Assembly: GCA_052139735.1 (NCBI GenBank)
Contig: JBKQWB010000014.1
Location: 6,466-70,465, forward strand
Length of the DNA stretch: 64,000 nt
Reading direction: 5' to 3'
Origin: Smithella sp.
GTDB taxonomy: Bacteria; Desulfobacterota; Syntrophia; Syntrophales; Smithellaceae
The notes under the pieces were generated by a model, which was not told the DNA's origin, did no database searches, and worked only from the letters and a program-made list of their open reading frames with translations. How positions within the stretch are numbered: position 1 is the first letter of the stretch; every line of letters starts with the position of its first letter. Both the position numbers and the translations under genes were made by a program. This document shows positions 29,155-37,700 of the stretch, in pieces.

Positions 29155-29219
29155 GCCGGGGCACTTTTTTTGTCATTACAATTTTGACAAAAGTCTTTTA
29201 AATTTCAAATAGAGTTTAT

Positions 29220-29453
29220 TTATTCCCTGGTTTTTTTAACGTAAACTTTAATTTCTTCGCCTTTGTCTTCGATAGACATACATTCATTTCCTGTAGTTTT
29301 ACACCACGCCGGCATATCCTGTTTTATACCCTTATCTGTTGCAATTATCTCCAGAACCTGGCCTATCTTCATTTCCTTAACAGTTTGGGCTGTCTTTATT
29401 ATAGGCATTGGACACATCAATCCAAAACAATCTATCGATTTATCTGCTTGCAT
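29220..29453 (-). CDS. TusA/SirA-family sulfur carrier protein
   Basis: DCFGLMCPMPIIKT (CPxP motif). ATG 29453 has SD GGGAG. The ORF track starts at TTG 29471. Confidence 0.8.
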   Translation of the reverse strand: MQADKSIDCFGLMCPMPIIKTAQTVKEMKIGQVLEIIATDKGIKQDMPAWCKTTGNECMSIEDKGEEIKVYVKKTRE

Positions 29454-29471
29454 ATTTCTCTCCCTATTCAA

Positions 29472-29954
29472 TTAAATAAACAGAGTTGTCCTGGATTCTT
29501 TGGCTTGCGCCAGAAAAAATGCTGCTCCGGCCTGGTTCATCACTCCATCGGTAAACGCGTCATCCGGAAGTCCAAGGATTCCGCAGGAAGTAGAACAAGG
29601 CACCATCTTAATGCCCATTTCTTTCGCCATTTCAATAAATTCATCAATGGAAGGATATCGGGATTGTTTCATTAGCCTTTTCATCATCCATGTACCCATG
29701 CCCAACATGTTAAATTTGGATAACTTCAATCGGCTGGAACCACCGCGGTTCAGGATATTCAGCATCTTACGCATGATTCCCTTGCTCTTGATGGGTCCTT
29801 CATTGCGTTTAATTACGTTCAATCCCCAGAAAGTGAAAAACATAGTTACTTCCATTCCCATGCTTGCGGCTGTGGTAGCCAGAATAAAAGCAGCCAGAGC
29901 CTTATCCAGATCCCCGCTGAATAATACCAGCGTAAATTTTTCTTTTTCTGCCAT
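29472..29954 (-). CDS. DsrE/DsrF-like (DsrE2-type) protein
   Basis: 160 aa. FTLVLFSGDLDKALAAFILATTAASMGMEVTMFFTFWGL and the Cys-containing VPCSTSCGILG. Confidence 0.65.
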   Translation of the reverse strand: MAEKEKFTLVLFSGDLDKALAAFILATTAASMGMEVTMFFTFWGLNVIKRNEGPIKSKGIMRKMLNILNRGGSSRLKLSKFNMLGMGTWMMKRLMKQSRYPSIDEFIEMAKEMGIKMVPCSTSCGILGLPDDAFTDGVMNQAGAAFFLAQAKESRTTLFI

Positions 29955-30019
29955 AGCTATTCCTCACAAAAAGAAGTTAAACGAAACACTGTTATTTCCG
30001 GTAATTTGATCACCTGTTT

Positions 30020-30508
30020 TTAGGAAGCTTTGGCTTCCGGACCACTAACCTGACATCCTTGTTTACATACCGGATCGTTATCACTATCTTCGTGATCACA
30101 AAATGGGCAGCACTTGCTATCATCTACCTTGAGTTTTCCGCTTTTTATTAAATAATCGTCAATCGCTTTATTCAAAGCCTGAGCGCCCAGATTAGAACAA
30201 TGGAATTTTTGTTTCGGCAGACCTTCCAGCATCTTGGCAACCGATTCGGGAGTTATTTTTTGAGCTTCTTCGATAGTTGCACCCTTGGCCATTTCACTCA
30301 CCATACTGGAAACAGCAATAGCCGCACCACAGCCGAAAGTTTTATACTTGACATCTTCAAGCCGATTGTCTTTGACCTTGATGTAAAAAGTCATCATATC
30401 GCCGCAAACAGGGTTGCCAACTTCTCCTACACCATCGGCATCTTCAATTTCGCCCACATTGCGCGGATGCATAAAATGGTCCATCACTTTTTCGCTATAT
30501 ACCGGCAT
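30020..30508 (-). CDS. nifU: NifU/IscU-type Fe-S scaffold with Cys-rich C-terminal extension
   Basis: Three scaffold Cys contexts: GNPVCGDMM, FGCGAAIAVSS and KFHCSNLG. An extra tail reads CCPFCDHEDSDNDPVCKQGC. Confidence 0.85.
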   Translation of the reverse strand: MPVYSEKVMDHFMHPRNVGEIEDADGVGEVGNPVCGDMMTFYIKVKDNRLEDVKYKTFGCGAAIAVSSMVSEMAKGATIEEAQKITPESVAKMLEGLPKQKFHCSNLGAQALNKAIDDYLIKSGKLKVDDSKCCPFCDHEDSDNDPVCKQGCQVSGPEAKAS

Positions 30509-30509
30509 C

Positions 30510-31700
30510 TCACTGGCCTCCTTTACTGTCTTTCAAAAATTTTGAATAAACGGGCGACATTTCTCTCAACCTATCCACTATGGGCGGCATAACTTTCAGA
30601 ACGTAGTTAACATCCTCCGGTTTATTTTGAATTCCCATAGTGAATAATAATGAACCTTGCGCTATTTCATGGTTATAACCCATTGCCAGAAGGACATGTG
30701 ATGCTTTTAGAGCTCTGGAAGTGCAGGAAGAGCCGCTGGAGACCGCTACTCCCTGGCTGTTGAGCATCATCAGCATCGATTCGCCTTCAATAAATTCAAC
30801 ACAAAAACTGGCATGTCCGGGCAGCCTTTTCACCAGATCTCCGGTTACTGCCACATGCGGAATTTTATCCGGCAGACCGTTAATTAACATATCTCTGATT
30901 CGGGTTAATTTCTGTCCTCGTTCCGCCACTTCGCGTGCCGCTATTTCAGCGGCTTTGCCCATCCCAACGATTGCCGCAATATCCTCCGTGCCTGCTCTGC
31001 GTCCGCCTTCCTGAATCCCTCCATCAAGAAGAGGGAGTATCCTTACGCCACGCCTGACCCACAATGCCGCGCTGCCTTTCGGTCCATAAAACGGATTTCC
31101 GGCCAAACTCAGGGCGTCTATTCCCAATTCTTTTACATTGATCGGAATCGTACCGCATGTGGCCACCGCGTCGGTATGCAATACCACTTTTTTTTCTTTG
31201 GTAATCCTGGATATTTCAGCTAACGGTTGGATCGTTCCAACCTCGCCGTTGGCATGCATGATCGAAACTAACACGGTATCGGGACGAATCGCCTTTCTGA
31301 CGTTTTCCGGATCTACCAGACCGTTTTTATCCACCGGCACCTCGCTAATCTTGTATCCCAGCTTTTCCATGAACTTGGCCGAATTCATTACCGAGAAATG
31401 CTCAATCGCCGAGATGACAATGTGCTTTCCTTTACTTTGTTGCGCCAAAGCCAATCCTTTGATAGCAAAGTTATTACTCTCCGTACCGCTGGCGGTAAAA
31501 ATAATTTCCTCGGGGTTTGCTGCACCGATTAATGCCGCTACTTGAGCGCGTGCCTCTTCCATGGCCTCTCTGGGAGCATCGCCCCAATCATTCAATGATA
31601 AAGGATTGCCGAAATCCACATCCAGATACGGCATCATTGCTTGCCTGACTTCCGGTAATAAAGGCGCCGCGGCAGAATGGTCCAGATATACTTTCGTCAT
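30510..31700 (-). CDS. nifS: NifS/IscS-family protein lacking the PLP-binding lysine
   Basis: Class I desulfurase features are present: [16 protein letters not shown] and the active-site loop SSGSSCTS. The SGHK motif reads [11 protein letters not shown] (N219-P220, nt 31097..31092). The likely start is [13 protein letters not shown] at 31700. Confidence 0.8.
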   Translation of the reverse strand: MTKVYLDHSAAAPLLPEVRQAMMPYLDVDFGNPLSLNDWGDAPREAMEEARAQVAALIGAANPEEIIFTASGTESNNFAIKGLALAQQSKGKHIVISAIEHFSVMNSAKFMEKLGYKISEVPVDKNGLVDPENVRKAIRPDTVLVSIMHANGEVGTIQPLAEISRITKEKKVVLHTDAVATCGTIPINVKELGIDALSLAGNPFYGPKGSAALWVRRGVRILPLLDGGIQEGGRRAGTEDIAAIVGMGKAAEIAAREVAERGQKLTRIRDMLINGLPDKIPHVAVTGDLVKRLPGHASFCVEFIEGESMLMMLNSQGVAVSSGSSCTSRALKASHVLLAMGYNHEIAQGSLLFTMGIQNKPEDVNYVLKVMPPIVDRLREMSPVYSKFLKDSKGGQ

Positions 31701-31757
31701 CTTTAAAGCCTCTCTTCTTAACTCAGATAAATGGGGATCGATTTGTAACACTTGAAC

Positions 31758-31967
31758 TTAAGGATAAATCTGTTCGCCATCGTCGTCCTGGAGAATGATA
31801 GCATCCAGAGGACAGCTTTCAGCCGCTTCCTGAATCTTTTCCTGACTGGTATCTTCAATATGAGTTGCTACCGCTTTATTTTCTTTATCCAGTGTGAAAA
31901 CTCCAGGGGCTATCGCCACACAATTCCCGATTCCCTGGCATAAATCATGGTCAACAATAACTTTCAT
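31758..31967 (-). CDS. Small ferredoxin
   Basis: 69 aa. CQGIGNC...ESCP is a single-cluster ferredoxin pattern. Confidence 0.75.
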   Translation of the reverse strand: MKVIVDHDLCQGIGNCVAIAPGVFTLDKENKAVATHIEDTSQEKIQEAAESCPLDAIILQDDDGEQIYP

Positions 31968-32002
31968 TTATTCGCCCTCTGCCCGCTGTTTGACCTTTTT
32001 AT

Positions 32003-32434
32003 CTATATCTCGGACTTCCAATAGCCGTGGATACTACAATTCTCGACTAAAGTAATTTTGCCTCCCGCTTCTTTCAAATAGAAACATGCTGCCGGAAATA
32101 CACCCAATGGCGCAAACTCCATTCGGGCAATAAAATTATCGTTCCGATAAGCGTCTATGAAACGAATATAGTGCTTTTCTTCCATAGGGTGCATTACCTT
32201 GCCAATTCTTACAATTACTTCCATACAACTGGATTCCGGAATAAAGCTGCAAGTCTTATTAACAGTCACAGCGGGAACGTGTTTCACCTCAGCTTCAGGG
32301 CTCTTTTGGATGGATTCTTTAAAAATCGCATCATTTTGTAAAAATTTATCTTTTTCCGCACCACAGACCGGACATGTGTCCGGCAGATTGTTGAATGCAA
32401 GATGTCCGCAAACCTGACAAATATAAATTTTCAT
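32003..32434 (-). CDS. Superoxide-reductase-like (desulfoferrodoxin family) protein with rubredoxin-type N-terminal Cys4 knuckles
   Basis: N-terminus CQVCG-x13-CPVCG. The SOR centre II ligand contexts are KHVP, HPMEEKH and CSIH. Confidence 0.65.
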   Translation of the reverse strand: MKIYICQVCGHLAFNNLPDTCPVCGAEKDKFLQNDAIFKESIQKSPEAEVKHVPAVTVNKTCSFIPESSCMEVIVRIGKVMHPMEEKHYIRFIDAYRNDNFIARMEFAPLGVFPAACFYLKEAGGKITLVENCSIHGYWKSEI

Positions 32435-32517
32435 AAGTACCTCCCCGTTTTTCCTTCTTTTATTTTCAGTAATTTTATTAGTCTAATAAATAACTTTGAT
32501 CAGGAAATCCCTCCGAA

Positions 32518-32781
32518 TCAACACTTGTACGGATAAAAATGGCTGTAGCAGTAGCCCTGCGGATCGCTCTGACTCAGTTCCGTATCCATCATGCACTGCC
32601 CAATCATTTCCTTTGAAGTCTCTTCATAGTCCGGCCGCTTCTCCTCCTTTTTCTTGCACTTTATGCAGATGGCATTGTGGTCATAACAAGACAGTATCCT
32701 CATGTCTTTAGCAGTTAATCCTTTGTGGCATCTGGGGCATTCCGTCGAACAAAAAAGATTCTCCTTCCAGTTACCGGCCAT
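32518..32781 (-). CDS. Cys-rich small protein (10 Cys in 87 aa), unknown function
   Basis: CSTECPRCH...CYDHNAICIKCKK...QCMM...YCYSHFYPYKC. A clean ORF with no competing frame. Confidence 0.5.
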   Translation of the reverse strand: MAGNWKENLFCSTECPRCHKGLTAKDMRILSCYDHNAICIKCKKKEEKRPDYEETSKEMIGQCMMDTELSQSDPQGYCYSHFYPYKC

Positions 32782-32899
32782 ATCTATTTCCTCCTATATG
32801 CTGAATTATTTACGAAAAGCGTCCTTTTGGAAAACATGGTTTATTGCTAACTTACATAATAAAGTTGGACTTACAATAATGGTTGTTATGTAGGTTAGC

Positions 32900-32916
32900 A
32901 GTAGGATAAACCTACT
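32900..32916. promoter_or_regulatory. Palindrome AGTAGG-ATAAA-CCTACT about 120 nt upstream of the Cys-rich protein gene
   Basis: Perfect 6-bp arms. It is 14/16 identical to the site at 40339-40354, and it shares its arms with the palindrome in the 54-bp repeats. Confidence 0.4.
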
Positions 32917-32918
32917 AA

Positions 32919-33422
32919 TTATACAAGACAATTCATATCAACCTGACATTGTTTTTCTTTTGTTCTTTCTGCCAGTCTTATAATTCGCCTGTCTTTAGCT
33001 TCCTTGTTTCGCCGCTTCTCTTCGTCTGTTTCCAGAACCAGGGGAGGTATAGGTAAGGGACGGCCATTACTATCAAGGGCTACGAAAGTCAAATAGGCGG
33101 ATGCCGTATGACGTCTATAACCGGTTATGAGAGTTTCTGCCTCCACCCGGACACCAAGTTCCATTGACGTTTTTCCGACAAAGTTTAAGCTGGCCTTAAG
33201 GGTCACAAGGTCTCCCACAAAGACGGGATTGTAGAAGTCCAAACGATCGATGGAGGCCGTAACGACATTGGACCTTGAGTGACGGGCAGCCGCACAACCA
33301 GCGGCGTTATCAATTAACTTCATGATAACACCTCCATGAACATTCCCAGCAGGGTTTGCATCTTTAGGATTCATAAGCTGGGCTATGGTAACAGCGCTCT
33401 CATGTATTCTTTTCCCTTCCAT
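32919..33422 (-). CDS. Acyl-CoA thioesterase (hotdog fold, YciA-like)
   Basis: PKDANPAGNVHGGVIMKLIDNAAG and a basic C-terminal tail. Confidence 0.8.
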   Translation of the reverse strand: MEGKRIHESAVTIAQLMNPKDANPAGNVHGGVIMKLIDNAAGCAAARHSRSNVVTASIDRLDFYNPVFVGDLVTLKASLNFVGKTSMELGVRVEAETLITGYRRHTASAYLTFVALDSNGRPLPIPPLVLETDEEKRRNKEAKDRRIIRLAERTKEKQCQVDMNCLV

Positions 33423-33473
33423 GTTTCTTCTCCTTTTAAATAGGGAAGTCGATCCTGTAGTCTGCCCGAAATG

Positions 33474-33899
33474 TCAGGACTCCAGCACAGCATCCATAGT
33501 GATTTGGGCATTAAGTACTTTGGACACAGGACATCCCTCTTTTGCTTTTTTAGCTGCCATATTGAACGCTTCAACGGATGCCCCGGGTACCTTTGCTCTG
33601 ACGTCAAGATGAACGGCAGTGATTGTAAATCCATCGCCCTGTTTTTCAATAGTGACAGTTGCTGTTGTATTGATGCTTTCTGGGGTGAGCTTTGCGGCCC
33701 CCAACTGTCCGGAGAGAGCCATAGAAAAGCAGCCAGCGTGCGCTGCTGCAATCAACTCTTCAGGATTGGTGCCAATGCCATTTTCAAAACGCGAGGAAAA
33801 TGAATATTGAGTATTGGACAATACACCACTATCGGAACTTATTGTTCCGCTGCCATTAATTATCCCGCCTTTCCATACCGCAAAAGCTTTACGTTTCAT
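33474..33899 (-). CDS. osmC: OsmC-family peroxiredoxin
   Basis: MKRKAFAVWKGG..., with Cys contexts AAAHAGCFSMAL and KEGCPVSKVL. ATG 33899 has SD AAAGGAG. The ORF track starts at 33962. Confidence 0.85.
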   Translation of the reverse strand: MKRKAFAVWKGGIINGSGTISSDSGVLSNTQYSFSSRFENGIGTNPEELIAAAHAGCFSMALSGQLGAAKLTPESINTTATVTIEKQGDGFTITAVHLDVRAKVPGASVEAFNMAAKKAKEGCPVSKVLNAQITMDAVLES

Positions 33900-34134
33900 C
33901 TTTAATCTCCTTTTAATAGTCTCAAGCTTCGGAAGCAAAGCACGCTGAAACTTGCTGGACAAATTATCCCATGCGCGAAGCTAAGATGGGTTATTATAAT
34001 ACAATACAGTTTGCTGCGAAATCTGTTTCCAGAGCTTGCTTTGGTGTTTCATACCCGCGATTTTAATTCCTGACCAGCCAATGCAAGACAAATACACGCT
34101 GTTACACATGAAGTATTATTTATGTTTTTTCTGG

Positions 34135-34302
34135 CTAGACTTTTTTAAATTCGGCAAAAGTGGAAAGACAATGTGGACACTTGTCCGACGGCTCATCACC
34201 ATAATGAATCTGTCCGCATGTCTGGCAACGCCAGCCAGTTTTGCCGGACATCTCTTTATCAGTCTTCCCACCTTTCCGTACTGCGGAAGTTTTTTGTTTC
34301 AT
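34135..34302 (-). CDS. Small rubredoxin-like Zn-ribbon protein
   Basis: 55 aa: MKQKTSAVRKGGKTDKEMSGKTGWRCQTCGQIHYGDEPSDKCPHCLSTFAEFKKV. SD AAAGGAG precedes ATG 34302. The ORF track extends to 34380. Confidence 0.6.
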   Translation of the reverse strand: MKQKTSAVRKGGKTDKEMSGKTGWRCQTCGQIHYGDEPSDKCPHCLSTFAEFKKV

Positions 34303-34521
34303 TTTTAATCTCCTTTCTGATTTATTTTTTAGCCGGCGGATGCCGGACAAACACATGCTATCAACTGCTATGCTAATCAACGTCTTATTGCCGGGGACAG
34401 ATTTTTCTAAATGCGTTATTAGAGAAGAAACAATATGAACACTCCTTTAATAATGGGTTTAAACAAGTCAATGACGTTGTAAAATTCACCTCTTTTTGCT
34501 ATGAAATTAATGTAAGGAATA

Positions 34522-34575
34522 AATGAAAACAATACTGATTAATTGTAAGGGGAATAGTAGGTAATGCCTACTATT
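34522..34575 (+). repeat. 54-bp perfect direct repeat, copy 1 (core of a ~125-bp duplicated intergenic module)
   Basis: AATGAAAACAATACTGATTAATTGTAAGGGGAATAGTAGGTAATGCCTACTATT is identical to 41977-42030. It contains the palindrome AATAGTAGG-TAATG-CCTACTATT (34553-34575). Internal direct repeats ATTAATGTAAGG (34506-34517) and ATTAATTGTAAGG (34538-34550) are also present. Confidence 0.95.
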
Positions 34576-34734
34576 GTTTTAAATGATAAAATACATACAA
34601 ATGGTATTAACAGTTTAGCAATACATATTTTCAGGAAACACCTTTCCTTCTAATATACACTTGATGTATTTTTTGAAATATGTGATATTACAGAAAGTTA
34701 TACATTCATATCTGCTGTCTCAGGAAATTAGATT

Positions 34735-37700
34735 GTGGCTGAATCCCTTCGTATAATCATTTTGGAAGATAACCCTGCTGATGCAGAATTGGTGCAGCTT
34801 GAACTACAGGAAGCAGGACTAGTCTTTACAGCAAAAGTAGTGATGACTAGAAATGATTTTCTTCACGAGTTACAGACATTTTCCCCCGACCTCATTCTTT
34901 CCGACTATGACCTTCCCCGATATAGCGGCATCCTGGCGCTTGCCGAAGCAAGAAAAAAGTGTCCCGATACCCCTTTTATTTTGGTAACGGGCGCTGTCGG
35001 TGAAGATCGTGCCATTGAAATTCTCACTCAAGGAGCCAAGGATTACGTTCTGAAAAGCCGGCTCCAGCAGCGGCTTGCACCGGCTGTGCGAAGAGCCCTT
35101 GCGGAAGCAGAGGAACAAAGGGCGCGCAAAAAAGCGGAAGAAGAACTCCATAAAGCTCACAGAACTCTGGAAAGTCAGATTGAGGCGAGAACTGCGGAGC
35201 TTCAGAAACAAATAGAACACCGCAACCGGATGGAAGCAGCTTTGCTAAAATACAATGAGCGGTTGGAGATATTGTCGTACACGGCAAGCAAACTGCTGGA
35301 AAGCGATAAACCGCAGCAACTGGTGGAAGAGCTATGCAGGAAAGTGATGAAATTTCTTGATTGCGATGTCTTTTTTAACTTTATTGTTGACGATTCGGCT
35401 CGACGACTGCATTTGAATGCCTGTGCGGGCATTCCACCCGAGACAGAGCGTGAAATCGAGTGGCTGGACTACGGTGTGGCGGTATGTGGCTGTGTGGCAC
35501 AGGGCGGGTACAGAATCATTGCCGAAAATATTCCGGCAACGCCCGATGTGCGGACGGAGCTGGTAAAATCATTCGGGATCAGAGCCTATGCCTGTCATCC
35601 GCTCATGCAGCAAAATAAAGTAATCGGGACATTATCTTTCGGCACACGCGCCAGAATAAATTTCAGCAATGATGATCTGGCCATGATGAAGGCTGTTGCA
35701 GATCAGGTCGCCATCGCCATAGCCCGTGTCAGGATGGAAGAGTCTTTGCGCGAGAGCGAGGAACGCTACCGCGAACTTGTTCAATCGTCACCTGAGGCCG
35801 TTATAGTACACCGCGACAAACAATTTCTTTATGCCAATCCCGCTGCGTTGCGATTGTACGGTGCGGAATCACTTGAAGAACTTCAGAGAAATACAAGCCT
35901 TGACCTTATTCCCGAGGATGACCGTGGAGAAATAGCCACTCGCATTAAGAAGGGAAATGCCGGAGAGAGACTGTCGCTAAAGGAAACCAGACTAATACGC
36001 CTGGATGGCAAGGTCATTCCGGTTGAGTCTGTCGGGGGAGCGGTCACTTATAACGGAAAATCTGCTGTGCAGATAATTATTCGTGACGTCACTGAACGTA
36101 AAAACAGGGAAAAAGGACAGGAAAACTTTAACCGGACCCTGCGGGCTATAAATAGAAGCAATCAGGCTATGATGCGCGCTGCGGATGAATACGGATATAT
36201 GAAAGAGGTGTGCAAAATTGTTGTTGATGACTGCGGCTACTCTATGGTGTGGATCGGTCTTGCCCAGGATGATGAGGGCAAGACAGTCACCCCTGTTGCT
36301 TATAGCGGTTTTGATGAAGGATATATCGGCACATTGAAGATAACTTGGGCCGATACTGAGCGAGGCCACGGACCGACAGGTACGGCTATCCGTACGGGAA
36401 AACCAACTAAATGCAAAAATATGCTAACGGATCCCAAGTTTGAACCATGGAGAAAAGAGGCGATCAAGCGAGGGTATGCGTCGTCAATTGTCCTGCCTAT
36501 GGTGGCGGGCAGCAAGTCGTTCGGCGCATTGACTATCTACTCGAAAGAACCCGATCCCTTTTCTGAAGACGAAGTGAAGCTGCTTGCCGAATTAGCTAAT
36601 GATCTTTCTTACGGTATCACTGCGATCAGGTGGCGTGAAGCACTGCGGGAAAGCGAGGAGCGTTTCCACGCCATCGCTACACAAACACCGGATCACATCT
36701 TTATGCAGGACCGCGACCTGTGCTACCAACTTGTTATCAATCCGCAACTTGGCCTTACCGAAGCTGACATGATGGGAAAGACAGACTATGACATCCTCGA
36801 ATTTAGGGACGCAGATAAACTCACGGCGATCAAGCGGAAAGTACTGGAAACAGGCGATTCTGTTTCGTTGGAATCATCGCTTCGGAATTCACGCGGTGAG
36901 CCTGAATATTTCGAGGGAGCTTATGTTCCGAAACGTGGTCCGGCAGGGCAAACCGAAGGCATCATCGGATATTTCCGAAATATCACCGAGCATAAACGGT
37001 TCGAGGAATCGATCATCCGGGCAAAGGAAGAATGGGAGCGAACCTTCGATACGATTCCTGACCTGATCACTATCCTCGACAAAGAACATCGGGTTGTCCG
37101 GGTGAATCAAGCGATGGCTAAACGTCTGAGACTTGCGCCTGACCAATGCATTGGTGCCAGATGTTACGAAGTTGTTCATGGCCTCTCTTGCCCGCCGGAG
37201 TTCTGTCCACATGTCCATACTTGCCGGGATGGCGGGGAGCATATGGCCGAGATACACGAAACGATTCTCGGCGGTGATTTTCTTGTGAGCACAACACCTC
37301 TTTACGATTCTAAGGGACAACTTATTGGTTCCGTGCATGTGGCGCGCGACATAACCGGGCGCAAAGCCGCGGAATATCAATTGGCCAAGCAGGCGGCACA
37401 ACTGCAAGAGCGCAAGGCCCAGCTTGAGGAAATCAACAGCGAACTTGAAAGTTTCAGCTACTCCATATCCCATGATCTTCGTGCACCACTTAGGGCCATA
37501 GACGGTTTTTCCAGGATAATCCTAAGACAGCAGGGAGATAAATTTGATGAGAAAACACGACATCAATTCAATATGATTAGAGACAATATCAATCTTATGG
37601 GAGTTCTGATTGAGAATCTTCTTTCTTTTTCCAGGGTGCAAAAAGCCAGTATGAGCATTTCCGTAATTGATATGGACAAACTTTCCAGAGAAGTATGGAA

